DNA of 64,000 bases from Flavobacteriales bacterium (GTDB lineage: Bacteria > Bacteroidota > Bacteroidia > UBA10329), in NCBI GenBank assembly GCA_021741155.1, contig JAIOYP010000003.1, positions 7,950 through 71,949 on the forward strand, read 5' to 3'. The notes beneath the pieces were generated by a model. The model ran no database searches. It was not told the DNA's origin and saw nothing but the letters and a program-made list of their open reading frames with translations. A program made the translations under genes and the position numbers. Each line of letters opens with the position of its first letter. Position 1 is the first letter of the stretch. Below, one piece after another: positions 22,622-33,866 of this stretch.

Positions 22622-23889
22622 AATTCTCTTTTCAAAATGGTTGCACCTATGCTGCAAGATAGGCATTTTTTGTGGTCGCAAAGGTTGGTTTTCAGCTCAA
22701 TTAACGCCTGCGATTGGGCTGCATTCTGAACCACCAAGCCTTGATTCAAGAAAACATTCACTTTGACGTTTATCTCTGCTTCTAGTTGCTGCAAAATGTC
22801 CAAACTTCTATCCTGTAGTTCTGGTTTTGCTTCGCGATGGGCAGAAACAAATAGAAAAGGAGCTACAGCATTAATGAGAATGTTGTGCGCCATGGTTGCT
22901 CCAACTCGTTTTGATTTAGAGGGAGATTCAATTCCGAAATTGTAGTGCGTTTGCCAATATGCTGACGGTGAAACATGCAGTGTTCTCACCGAAAATATTT
23001 CTGGCTGATTAGAAACCCAACGAAGGAACGCACCCGTTTTCTGAAACAGCGCTGCCAACTGGGCAATCCTTACTGTGGGGAAATTGGCCGGTCTCAAACG
23101 AAGGAATTTCCATAGCTTTTTATCCAGCGGTCTCAAATCATATTTATGTTTAAGAAAGTCGTATTCCTTTTTGAGTTGGATGGAATAATCATCTTTCGGA
23201 GTAGCTAAAAACCCAGCATTTCCAAATAGAATTGCTTCCAACTGAAACAGATTATCTTGATGTTTTGCCAGCACTTTCCAAGATGTTTGTCTGGCCAATT
23301 GCTCAAACGGTTCGGCATTCACATTCATGCCAAAAGCCCTAAAAAGTACAACCATAAAGGCTTGCTCTAAATCACCATGAAATTCATCTACGAGCAAATT
23401 CATCCATTCGGACTTGCGCTGCAAGCGTCCTATTAATAAGGAGTCGAACCAAGCAGTCCTGACCAGTTCGGGCACTTCAAAAAACTGCTTGCCACAGGGA
23501 AGTTCGTCTGACGAATTATTGAGGTTTTCATATCGTCTCAGAATCTGATTAGAAATCAAACTTTTCAGTTCCAACGTTGGAAACGAGCCAAGTGATTCTT
23601 CAAAATCATCGTCAAAAACCACATGTAAAATGATGTTTGAATAGGCTGTATCGGTTTGGTGATTATGCCGCAACCAATCCGAGCTCTTTACGTGAATCTC
23701 AATGTTCCCTGCCCATTCCGTTCCATCCACTTTTATGCGGGAATTCCTAAAATCTGGTCCCGAATCTGAGTTTAATTCTCCTGAACGAATAATTTCCAAC
23801 GATTGACCATCAACCGTTCTCAATTCTTGCGAACTGAATAGTCGATGTTGCCAAATATGATGTAAGAGTTCTTCCTTAATGTAAGGCAT
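22618..23889 (-). CDS. DUF2851 family protein
   Basis: EELLHHIWQHRLF, GPDFRNSRI, WAGNIEIHVKSSDW..HNHQTD.AY, LRPANFPTVRIAQLA. Confidence 0.88.
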   Translation of the reverse strand: MPYIKEELLHHIWQHRLFSSQELRTVDGQSLEIIRSGELNSDSGPDFRNSRIKVDGTEWAGNIEIHVKSSDWLRHNHQTDTAYSNIILHVVFDDDFEESLGSFPTLELKSLISNQILRRYENLNNSSDELPCGKQFFEVPELVRTAWFDSLLIGRLQRKSEWMNLLVDEFHGDLEQAFMVVLFRAFGMNVNAEPFEQLARQTSWKVLAKHQDNLFQLEAILFGNAGFLATPKDDYSIQLKKEYDFLKHKYDLRPLDKKLWKFLRLRPANFPTVRIAQLAALFQKTGAFLRWVSNQPEIFSVRTLHVSPSAYWQTHYNFGIESPSKSKRVGATMAHNILINAVAPFLFVSAHREAKPELQDRSLDILQQLEAEINVKVNVFLNQGLVVQNAAQSQALIELKTNLCDHKKCLSCSIGATILKREL

Positions 23890-23957
23890 GAACTAAAGGT
23901 GAGAAATTACCCACTAAATCCCCAAAGAAGACTATAAAAAAGTGAGTCCGTTGTGGT

Positions 23958-24773
23958 TTACAGGCCAGCCTCGTCCAAAATTACTTCCATCTGCTGTTGC
24001 ATAATGAGGGCTTCTGCGCGCGCTGCTTCCGCAAAATCTTCGCCTTGGCTGGCGTAAATAATGCCGCGAGATGAATTCACCAACAGACCGCATTTGTCAT
24101 TTAAACCATTCTCAGCAACTTCAGCAAGGCTTCCGCCTTGAGCGCCAACACCTGGGACAAGGAGAAAATGATTGGGAACAATGCTTCGTACTCGTTTCAT
24201 CAATTCGGCCTTGGTGGCTCCAACCACAAACATGGTATTATCAACCGTTCCCCAATCTTTAGATTGCAGCAAAACCTCTTCGAACAATTGTCCATTCTCC
24301 GTTTTGAGAAATTGAAAATCAGCAGCGCCTTCGTTGGAAGTAAGCGCCAACAGCACTACCCAACGCTCTTTGTACTGGAAATAGGGCAACACACTATCCG
24401 ACCCCATGTACGGAGAAAGGGTGATGGCATCTACATTTAGCTGGTCGAAAAATCCTCTGGCATACATTCTAGTGGTATTTCCAATGTCACCACGCTTTGC
24501 ATCTGCCAGTTTAAAGACGTCTTTCGGAATGTGATTCACGGTTTTTTCGAGCGATAGCCAGCCTTCAAAACCGCGAGATTCGTAAAAAGCCACATTTGGT
24601 TTATACGCAACACACAAATCATGCGTGGCATCGATAATGCGTTTATTAAATTCAAACACTGGGTCTTGATATCCCAGTAAATGAGGTGGAATCTTAGCTA
24701 AATCCGTATCGAGTCCGATGCACAAGAAACTGCGTTTTCGTTGAATGTGCTTAAAGAGTTGTAGGTAGTTCAT
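23958..24773 (-). CDS. pyrF: Orotidine-5'-phosphate decarboxylase
   Basis: [36 protein letters not shown]. Confidence 0.97.
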   Translation of the reverse strand: MNYLQLFKHIQRKRSFLCIGLDTDLAKIPPHLLGYQDPVFEFNKRIIDATHDLCVAYKPNVAFYESRGFEGWLSLEKTVNHIPKDVFKLADAKRGDIGNTTRMYARGFFDQLNVDAITLSPYMGSDSVLPYFQYKERWVVLLALTSNEGAADFQFLKTENGQLFEEVLLQSKDWGTVDNTMFVVGATKAELMKRVRSIVPNHFLLVPGVGAQGGSLAEVAENGLNDKCGLLVNSSRGIIYASQGEDFAEAARAEALIMQQQMEVILDEAGL

Positions 24774-24868
24774 GGAATGTCAAATCTAACGATCACATTC
24801 TTACAAGAACTGTTGATAATAGGTAAACATTCACAGGTTTTTCAACGGGCTGCCGCAGGGAATATTCG

Positions 24869-24876
24869 TAGTTTTG
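24869..24876 (+). promoter_or_regulatory. -7 promoter box of pyrG
   Basis: TAGTTTTG matches TAnnTTTG, 36 nt before the ATG. Confidence 0.55.
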
Positions 24877-24909
24877 TTTCCCGTTCATCAACCTACAGAA
24901 CCACGTTAA

Positions 24910-26517
<1,608 letters not shown>

Positions 26518-26534
26518 AATGAATTGTAATTGGG

Positions 26535-26565
26535 TTAGGGTTTGATACATCAAACCCTAACTTTG
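26535..26565 (+). promoter_or_regulatory. Perfect 12-bp inverted repeat overlapping the yidC -7 box
   Basis: ttagggtttgat-ac-atcaaaccctaa (26535-26560); TAACTTTG at 26558-26565. Confidence 0.6.
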
Positions 26566-26586
26566 CGCCCCAATAAAAAAGTCGGA

Positions 26587-28485
26587 ATGGACAAGAATTC
26601 AGCCATTGGGCTAACGCTCATACTTCTCATTTTCCTAGGATTCAACTGGTATAACATGCCATCTGAAGAGGAACGAGCCGAGGCAAAACGCGTGCACGAT
26701 TCAATCGCTACGGTAGAAGAGCACAATGCACGATTAAACGAAACAGCTATTGAAGAAGCGGTTAGCGCAGACTCAACAACGGTTGTTGAATCAGCAACGC
26801 CAGAAACATTAGCAAAAGATTCTGTTGCATTGGCAGAATACAAAGGCAAATTCGGAGAATTTGGCGATGCTTCGATGGGCGAAGATGGAACGGTCGTTAT
26901 AGAAAACGACTTACTTGCCATTACGGTGAATAAGAAAGGTGGTCATCCGCTTTCGGTTCAACTCAAGAAATATCAGACGTACGATTCGCTTCCGCTGCTC
27001 CTTTTTGATGGTCAGGAAAACCGATTTTCGCTTGATTTCTTTGCCAAAAACAATCGTGTTTCAACCCAAGAATTGTATTTCGAGCCATCAACTCAAGGAT
27101 TTACGGTATCTGGCGAGGAGAAGAAAAGCCTTTCGATGCGACTTAAGGCTGGACCAGAGCAATACATCGAGTATGTGTATACACTGACCGGTGGTTCGTA
27201 TTTGGTTGATTTCGACATCAATTTTGTTGGAATGCAGAACGTAATTGAGCGCAACGCCACCACGCTTGATCTGCATTGGAAAAATGACCTTCCGCATCAG
27301 GAAAAAAGCTTACAAAACGAACGTGACAATTCTACCATCTACTATCGTTTCAGCGATGATGAAGTGGATTACATTTCAGAACGTTCGGACGAAAAAGAAG
27401 AGATAAAGACCGATCTGCAATGGGTTGCTTTCAAGCAGCAATTCTTTAGTTCCGTCCTAATTAATAAGGACGGATGGCAAGGACAATCTGATCTGGAAAC
27501 AATGCGTGACGAAGCTTCTACATCGGTTGTTAAAACCTTTGATGCCAAGCTAACAGTTCCTTACGGTCACCGTGAAATTGAAAACGTTGCGCTGCAATTC
27601 TATTACGGACCAAATCAATACAATTCACTAAAAGACCTTGAACTTGGTTTAGAGCACATGGTACCGCTTGGTTGGGGAATTTTTGGTTGGGTAAACCAAT
27701 TTGCGGTTATCCCAATATTCAATCTTTTGAAGGATACGGGGCTTGGCTACGGAATCATCATTCTGATTCTGACGTTGGTTATAAAGTTGGTTTTGATGCC
27801 ATTTACCTACAAGGCATACATGAGTACTGCCAAAATGCGGGTGTTGAAGCCAGAAATTGACGAAATCAATAAGAAGTTTGAAGGGAAGGATGATCCTATG
27901 GCAAAACAACAGGCCACTATGGCTCTGTATAGTAAGGCAGGTGTAAATCCCCTTGGTGGTTGTTTGCCAATGCTTTTTCAAATGCCAATTTTAATTGCAT
28001 TGTTCCGCTTCTTTCCTGCCTCTATTGAATTGCGCCAGCAAAGTTTTCTTTGGGCAGATGACCTCAGTAGCTACGATAGTATTTACGACCTTCCGTTTGA
28101 GATTCCATTCTATGGCGACCATATTAGCCTATTCACGCTTTTAATGACCATCTCAACCATCATCTACACCCGGTCTAACATGAACATGCAGGCGGGAAAC
28201 CCACAAATGGAGCAGATGAAATGGATGATGTACTTAATGCCAGTGATGATGCTCGGTTGGTTTAACAACTACGCTTCTGGATTGAGCTACTATTACTTCT
28301 TGGCCAACATGGTAACGTTTGGTCAGAACTTTATTTTCACCAAATTGGTTGATGACGATGCTATTCACGCAAAGCTTCAAGAGAATAAGAAAAACCCCAA
28401 AAAACCATCGGGGTTCCAAAAGCGGTTGGAGGAAATGGCTAAGCAGCGCGGTTATCAGCCACCTAAATCGGACAAGAAAAAATAG
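26587..28485 (+). CDS. yidC: Membrane protein insertase YidC
   Basis: Start MDKNSAIG at 26587; WVAFKQQFF, YYGPN, GCLPMLFQMP, SFLWADDLS. Confidence 0.97.
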   Translation: MDKNSAIGLTLILLIFLGFNWYNMPSEEERAEAKRVHDSIATVEEHNARLNETAIEEAVSADSTTVVESATPETLAKDSVALAEYKGKFGEFGDASMGEDGTVVIENDLLAITVNKKGGHPLSVQLKKYQTYDSLPLLLFDGQENRFSLDFFAKNNRVSTQELYFEPSTQGFTVSGEEKKSLSMRLKAGPEQYIEYVYTLTGGSYLVDFDINFVGMQNVIERNATTLDLHWKNDLPHQEKSLQNERDNSTIYYRFSDDEVDYISERSDEKEEIKTDLQWVAFKQQFFSSVLINKDGWQGQSDLETMRDEASTSVVKTFDAKLTVPYGHREIENVALQFYYGPNQYNSLKDLELGLEHMVPLGWGIFGWVNQFAVIPIFNLLKDTGLGYGIIILILTLVIKLVLMPFTYKAYMSTAKMRVLKPEIDEINKKFEGKDDPMAKQQATMALYSKAGVNPLGGCLPMLFQMPILIALFRFFPASIELRQQSFLWADDLSSYDSIYDLPFEIPFYGDHISLFTLLMTISTIIYTRSNMNMQAGNPQMEQMKWMMYLMPVMMLGWFNNYASGLSYYYFLANMVTFGQNFIFTKLVDDDAIHAKLQENKKNPKKPSGFQKRLEEMAKQRGYQPPKSDKKK

Positions 28486-28527
28486 TCTGGTAGGATTTTT
28501 GGCTCTTGCCGACAAAAATATTCGGAC

Positions 28528-29064
28528 ATGAAAAATCTATTTCCAGTATTGGCAATCAGCTTCATCGCCTTATTTGCGTTGAGTTGTAAAAGCAATAAGG
28601 ATACGGCTACGGCTGCGCCAATAACCCAAAATTCAGTGAACACTTCCGTGCAAACAGAACCACAAATGTTGGCCTCAATCCAACGCACCGCCTGTTACGG
28701 AAGATGCCCCATGTACAAAACCACCTTTATGGATAATGGTGAAGTGACTTATGTTGGAAAACGATTTGTGGAGAAGATTGGCACGTACAAAACCCTTTTA
28801 TCTGCGGATGAAGTGCTTCAAATTCAGAATAAAATTGTGGAATACGGTTACTTTGAGTTAGATAGTCTTTACCCAACGCCAATCTCAGATTTTCCTTCAG
28901 TAATTACAGAGGCTAATTTGAATGGCAAACAGAAAAAAGTGGTTGATATGCGAACCCCCCCAGAAAACCTTTCTGCGTTTGAGAAATTCCTTGACAGTCT
29001 TTTAGAAGGAAAGGAACTGGAAAAAATTTCTGACGAGACGAATTACGATCCGAAAGCGAAGTAA
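28528..29064 (+). CDS. Lipoprotein, DUF6438-like
   Basis: Lipobox ALS-C; IQRTACYGRCPMY..NGEVTYVG..TDFP-type motif. Confidence 0.75.
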   Translation: MKNLFPVLAISFIALFALSCKSNKDTATAAPITQNSVNTSVQTEPQMLASIQRTACYGRCPMYKTTFMDNGEVTYVGKRFVEKIGTYKTLLSADEVLQIQNKIVEYGYFELDSLYPTPISDFPSVITEANLNGKQKKVVDMRTPPENLSAFEKFLDSLLEGKELEKISDETNYDPKAK

Positions 29065-30453
29065 TTATTCGTTAAGCTTGGTTGGCTCGATAAGGCTGTA
29101 GTTGCTCAAATCGATTTTCATGATGTCGTACTTGCCATTTGCTGAACCTTTCACGCTGTAGTAAGCTGTTTTGCCATCGGCAGTAATGGTAAATTCCGAT
29201 TCATCTCCTGGTGTATTTATCGGGTAGCCTAGGTTTTGAGGTTCTCCCCAAGAGCCATCTGCTTGCTTCACCGACTTGAAAATATCGTAGCCGCCCATGT
29301 TCTTGTGGCCATTGCTGCTAAAGAACAAGGTTTTACCATCTGGGGCTATGAATACGCTTTTTTCGTCATCAATCGTGTTCAGCGCGCTTACATTCTCTGC
29401 CTTGCCCCAATCGGTTGTAGATACAGCTGTTGACATCCAAATATCCCCGTTGCCCTTAGCGCCCATTGGTCTTTCGGAAATGAAGTACATGGTTTTTGAA
29501 TCTGCTGTCAGCGATGCGTTGCTATCGAAATAGCCGCTATTCACATTCTTGCCAAGCGAATAGGCCTTAGACCAACGGTTTAAGCTCATCAACTGAGCTG
29601 CATCTGAAGAACCATCGGCAATAGCATCCGTGGCATTTTTATTCATCCTTGTTTTAGAAACAAAAATATCTCCCGCATTCTGATTTCTGAAAGTGAATAG
29701 TTGACGGCCGTCCGGTGAAATACTCAAATTCGCATCGTGTCCATCTGTATTAATTGCTCCCGGAATCGGAACTGCTGGTGCCCAACCATTAAGGCTGTCG
29801 CTCCAATAAGAGATGTAAACATCCTCATGCCAATCATTATCGCCTTCATAACGCTTTCCTCCTTCTGTGTCTTTTCTTCTTGAAGTAAACACCATAATTC
29901 TGCCATCAGCGGTTACCGATGGATGATACTCGTGATTTTCCTCTGTGTTGATGTTTTCGCCAGCGGAAGTAATTTTCACATCCACAGGATTTGCCATCAT
30001 TTGAATGGTGGCTTCACATTTTGACAACAACTCCTGTCCTTTTTCTTTATCCGCGTTTGCCAGTTTATCATTGGCTAAATAGGTTTTCAGATGAACAATT
30101 GCGTTTTCTTGATCGGCAATCATCCGATATGCCAGGCCTGTGCTGTATTCCAAATCTTTATCAATAGCTGGGTCAGATTCTTTCGCTTTTTGCAAATATG
30201 CTAAGGCATCCTGTCCCTGTTCGAGGGCCATGTAGCACTCGGCCATGCGCCAATTGAGCATGGCATCTGTTCCATGGTCTGTGTATAGAACCCGATAAAT
30301 ACGAAGAGCACCATTGTAATCGCCATCGGTCATGCTGGCTTTTGCCTGCAACATTTTAATCTTATCTGGCCCAGCAAGTAGCTGTGCTGAAGCAGAAAAC
30401 TTGATGGTTTGAAAGCAAAGAACGATTGCAATAACTGTAATAATTGGTCTCAT
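29065..30453 (-). CDS. Secreted TPR + PD40 (TolB-like beta-propeller) protein
   Basis: Signal peptide, TPR helices, PD40 repeats (HPSVTADG, NLSISPDG, FIAPDGKTLFFSS, NLGYPINT). Confidence 0.85.
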   Translation of the reverse strand: MRPIITVIAIVLCFQTIKFSASAQLLAGPDKIKMLQAKASMTDGDYNGALRIYRVLYTDHGTDAMLNWRMAECYMALEQGQDALAYLQKAKESDPAIDKDLEYSTGLAYRMIADQENAIVHLKTYLANDKLANADKEKGQELLSKCEATIQMMANPVDVKITSAGENINTEENHEYHPSVTADGRIMVFTSRRKDTEGGKRYEGDNDWHEDVYISYWSDSLNGWAPAVPIPGAINTDGHDANLSISPDGRQLFTFRNQNAGDIFVSKTRMNKNATDAIADGSSDAAQLMSLNRWSKAYSLGKNVNSGYFDSNASLTADSKTMYFISERPMGAKGNGDIWMSTAVSTTDWGKAENVSALNTIDDEKSVFIAPDGKTLFFSSNGHKNMGGYDIFKSVKQADGSWGEPQNLGYPINTPGDESEFTITADGKTAYYSVKGSANGKYDIMKIDLSNYSLIEPTKLNE

Positions 30454-30529
30454 GTGAAGTGCGGTTTGCGTCTAAAATTAACAATTCGAAAAATGCTGCA
30501 ACGGCTGGTTAGAATAGGATTTCAACAGC

Positions 30530-31288
30530 CTATGATGACTTACTCAACCACTCATGAAAAAGTTTCAGCGCTTGGAGCTTTTTATCATCAAGTTTATAAC
30601 TGATTACCTTTTCCACGTACCGCACCAAGGTTTCGTTATTGTCGTTTGCCAAGGATGCGATGGCTTCTTGCTTATGGTTTAGCCCGAAGTTTAATGCTTC
30701 TTGAAACTCGGAAACAAACTCAGCGCTCAATGGCTTATTACTTACCCAGCAGGCGAATACGAATGGAAGTCCAGTCAAATCTTTCCATTCCTGTGCCAAA
30801 TCCTTTACAACAGGAAACTTCTCGTGCAACGGAAAGGCACGGTCACCGATGACCACGCCAGCGGTTTTTCCTTTGATGTTTTCAATGAAATCGGCATCGG
30901 CCTGTTTCCATTTGGGAGTAATCTTCCAATGCTTTTGTGCCAACAGTTGAACCAATTGCACAGAGGTTCTGGACTGATAATCGAGCAACACCTCCTCAAT
31001 CTCCTCCAACGGAACTTCGCTGAAGAGGCAAACAGTTTCTACCGCGCCATCGGCACCAATACAGCAATCGGAAATAATATGTGCTTCTTTTAAGTCTGGA
31101 ATGATGGCAACGGGTACAAGTCCTAGTTCGACTTCTCCGCTGAGGAGTTTTTTGGCACAATGGGCTGGCGTGTCTAGTTGCAAGTCGATTAAATCAATTA
31201 CCGCATGGTTCTTTAACCCGAAAATGAACGGATAAGAATTGGCGTACGATACGACCGATACCTTTATTTTGTCTGTGGTTTGTTCCAA
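30530..31288 (-). CDS. mqnA: Chorismate dehydratase (futalosine menaquinone pathway)
   Basis: VSYANSYPF, ADGAVETVCLF, SRTSV, VIGDRA, DLAQEWK..TGLPFVFACW. Confidence 0.88.
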   Translation of the reverse strand: MEQTTDKIKVSVVSYANSYPFIFGLKNHAVIDLIDLQLDTPAHCAKKLLSGEVELGLVPVAIIPDLKEAHIISDCCIGADGAVETVCLFSEVPLEEIEEVLLDYQSRTSVQLVQLLAQKHWKITPKWKQADADFIENIKGKTAGVVIGDRAFPLHEKFPVVKDLAQEWKDLTGLPFVFACWVSNKPLSAEFVSEFQEALNFGLNHKQEAIASLANDNNETLVRYVEKVISYKLDDKKLQALKLFHEWLSKSS

Positions 31289-31334
31289 AATTCCGCCTCA
31301 AAAATCGCTATTTTCGCGCCTTAACCGACAACAC

Positions 31335-32687
31335 ATGGAACTCAATGCTCTCTCGGCCGTTTCGCCAATTGATGGGCGTTACCGAAGACACACCAATTCG
31401 CTTTCTGATTATTTCTCTGAAGCTGCGCTGATTAAGTATCGCGTACGGGTTGAAATCGAGTATTTCATACAGCTTTGCGAACTGCCTTTGCCGCAGTTGA
31501 AAGACTTCGACAAATCGCTATTTCCAACACTTAGAAAGATTTATTCGGAGATTTCTGAAGCCGATGCGCAGCGTGTAAAGGAGATTGAGAAAACCACCAA
31601 TCACGATGTGAAGGCTGTGGAATATCTCATCAAAGAGAAAATGGAAACGCTTGGGATTGGCGAGCAAATGGAGTTCGTGCATTTCGGGCTTACCAGCCAA
31701 GACATCAATAATACCGCCACTCCGTTAATGATGAAGGAGGCAACGGAGCAGGTTTACATTCCACTTTTAGATGAGTTAATTGCGAAGCTAAGGTCGTTGG
31801 CCACCGAGTGGAAGGATATTCCATTGTTAGCACGAACCCACGGACAACCAGCCTCACCAACCCGTATGGGAAAGGAAGTGTACGTTTTTGTGGAGCGATT
31901 AGAAGCCCAGAAAAAGCAGTTGCTGGCCATTCCCTTCTCTGCCAAATTCGGTGGGGCCACAGGAAATTTCAATGCGCATTTTGTCGCTTATCCTAAATTG
32001 GATTGGGTTGATTTCGGAAACAACTTTGTAAACGGAACGCTTGGGCTGACCCGCTCGCAGACCACCACGCAGATTGAACATTACGACAACATTGCCGCCT
32101 GGTGCGATGCACTACGCAGGATAAACACCATCATCCTCGACCTTGACCGTGATGTTTGGACCTACGTATCAAACGACCTTTTCAAGCAGAAAATAAAGGA
32201 AGGCGAGGTCGGTTCTTCGGCCATGCCACATAAAGTTAATCCTATTGATTTTGAAAATTCGGAAGGAAACATAGGTCTTGCCAATGCGCTTTTCGGCCAC
32301 TTGGCAGAGAAGCTGCCTGTTTCGCGTTTGCAGCGCGATTTGACCGATAGCACCGTCTTACGGAACATCGGTGTGCCGTTGGGATATACATTGATCGCGT
32401 TCCGATCTACGCTGCGCGGATTGGAGAAACTTCTTATCAATGAGGACAATATCCGCAGGGAATTGGAGAACAATTGGGTGGTGGTGGCCGAGGCCATACA
32501 AACCATCCTCAGAAGGGAAGGTTATCCGAAACCCTACGAGGCATTGAAAGCATTCAGCCGAACCAATGCCAAGTTGGATGAGAAGGCGATGCTAGCGTTT
32601 ATCGATTCGCTGAATATTTCGGAGGCTGTGAAAGTGGAGATGCGTGCGATAACGCCTTTCAATTATACGGGGCAACCCCTCCCCTGA
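31335..32687 (+). CDS. purB: Adenylosuccinate lyase
   Basis: Start MELNALSAVSPIDGRY at 31335; HFGLTSQDIN, GSSAMPHKVNPIDFEN; last codons lie inside a repeat unit. Confidence 0.98.
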   Translation: MELNALSAVSPIDGRYRRHTNSLSDYFSEAALIKYRVRVEIEYFIQLCELPLPQLKDFDKSLFPTLRKIYSEISEADAQRVKEIEKTTNHDVKAVEYLIKEKMETLGIGEQMEFVHFGLTSQDINNTATPLMMKEATEQVYIPLLDELIAKLRSLATEWKDIPLLARTHGQPASPTRMGKEVYVFVERLEAQKKQLLAIPFSAKFGGATGNFNAHFVAYPKLDWVDFGNNFVNGTLGLTRSQTTTQIEHYDNIAAWCDALRRINTIILDLDRDVWTYVSNDLFKQKIKEGEVGSSAMPHKVNPIDFENSEGNIGLANALFGHLAEKLPVSRLQRDLTDSTVLRNIGVPLGYTLIAFRSTLRGLEKLLINEDNIRRELENNWVVVAEAIQTILRREGYPKPYEALKAFSRTNAKLDEKAMLAFIDSLNISEAVKVEMRAITPFNYTGQPLP

Positions 32688-32812
32688 CCCCAACTGACCC
32701 CCTCTAACTCCCCCAAAGGGGGAGAACCGATGCCTCGTTTAAACTTTTGCTTTAATCTCCAATCAACGCACTCCGAATTCCCCTTCCCTTCGGGGAGGGG
32801 TTGGGGGAGGCC
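32676..32812. repeat. GC-rich palindromic REP-like doublet element (intergenic) plus a partial unit
   Basis: Partial unit 32676-32691, left hairpin ctccccc-aaa-gggggag (32698-32726), AT-richer spacer, inverted right hairpin 32774-32810; homologous to copies in hutU and pheT. Confidence 0.9.
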
Positions 32813-32813
32813 G

Positions 32814-33794
32814 TCAATACTCGCTCTTCTTCCTTTTTCGCAACCAGATCTTCTGCCCTGCAATGGGTTCTTCGCCCGGATTGAGCTCGTTGTGCTTATA
32901 GAGCTGCTTCATCAGAATGCCGTATTCCTGCGATATCCACCGTAGGGTTTCGCCTGAGGCCACCATATGGTAATCGTGGCCACGGTTGCGGTTGCGTTTG
33001 GGCTGTAGGTAAATCAATTCTCCCTCATCCAATGGCGCACCGTTCGGCTTGTCGTTGTACCTCAGTATTTGCGCTTTCCGAACTTGGGTTAGGCGCTCCA
33101 GCTTTTCGTATGTATCGCCTTCTTCTACTCTCACATAGCGAATATCATTTCGCAAATACATTTGCCGTTGCGATGTAGAAACGAATGCCTCTTGCGGATT
33201 ATCTGTATTGTGCTTACCTCCCTTTGAACCCTTATCCTTAGGGATTTCTCCTCCTTTAGGTGGGGTTTTCATTCGGTCATATTTGTCGAGTTCGTTCTCT
33301 TCAATGATTTTAATCAGCAATGCCGGATACTTGGGGTTTGTGGCATATCCCGCTTCTTTCAGCCCATGGGCCCATCCTTTGTAATCGGTTATTCTGAGTT
33401 TGAAAAGACCGGCATAACGGTCGCGGCCACTCAAAAATTCGGAATGATCGCGATAGCTTTCGAACACATTCTCGTACACACGAAAGCACTCGCCCTTGGA
33501 GTCATCATCCATGTGAAACTTCTTTCCTTCCCACATGCCGTGGCACTTGATACCGAAATGATTGTTGGCCTTTTGCGCCAGCGTGCTGTTGCCATCACCA
33601 CTTTCGAGGATTCCCTGCGCCAGCGTGATGCTTGCCGGAACGCCACTTATCAGCATTTCCTTTACAGCATAGGGCGCATACATTTCGATGTACTCTGCAC
33701 GGGTCAGTTTATCTGAAGGCTGCGCGAGGTTGCTGCTTTGAGCAACCGCCACCAGATGTAGTGTGATGAGTAATTGAGAGAAGATACCACGCAT
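32814..33794 (-). CDS. Glucosaminidase (GH73/FlgJ-like) with LysM domains
   Basis: ASITLAQGILES, NNHFGIKC, GYATNPKY, LysM HMVASGETLRWISQEYG. Confidence 0.93.
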   Translation of the reverse strand: MRGIFSQLLITLHLVAVAQSSNLAQPSDKLTRAEYIEMYAPYAVKEMLISGVPASITLAQGILESGDGNSTLAQKANNHFGIKCHGMWEGKKFHMDDDSKGECFRVYENVFESYRDHSEFLSGRDRYAGLFKLRITDYKGWAHGLKEAGYATNPKYPALLIKIIEENELDKYDRMKTPPKGGEIPKDKGSKGGKHNTDNPQEAFVSTSQRQMYLRNDIRYVRVEEGDTYEKLERLTQVRKAQILRYNDKPNGAPLDEGELIYLQPKRNRNRGHDYHMVASGETLRWISQEYGILMKQLYKHNELNPGEEPIAGQKIWLRKRKKSEY

Positions 33795-33866
33795 GAGCCA
33801 AAAGTAGATGCCGCAAACAGCCTAACGTTTAATGGGCCTTGATGTTTTAAACACGCTTGTGTTGAT

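Noticed and set aside
32663-32945. Short ORFs spanning the repeat at 32.7 kb (32663-32863, 32730-32945) and 35735-36196
   Set aside because: They are translations of the palindromic repeat or antisense overlaps, with no independent coding signal.
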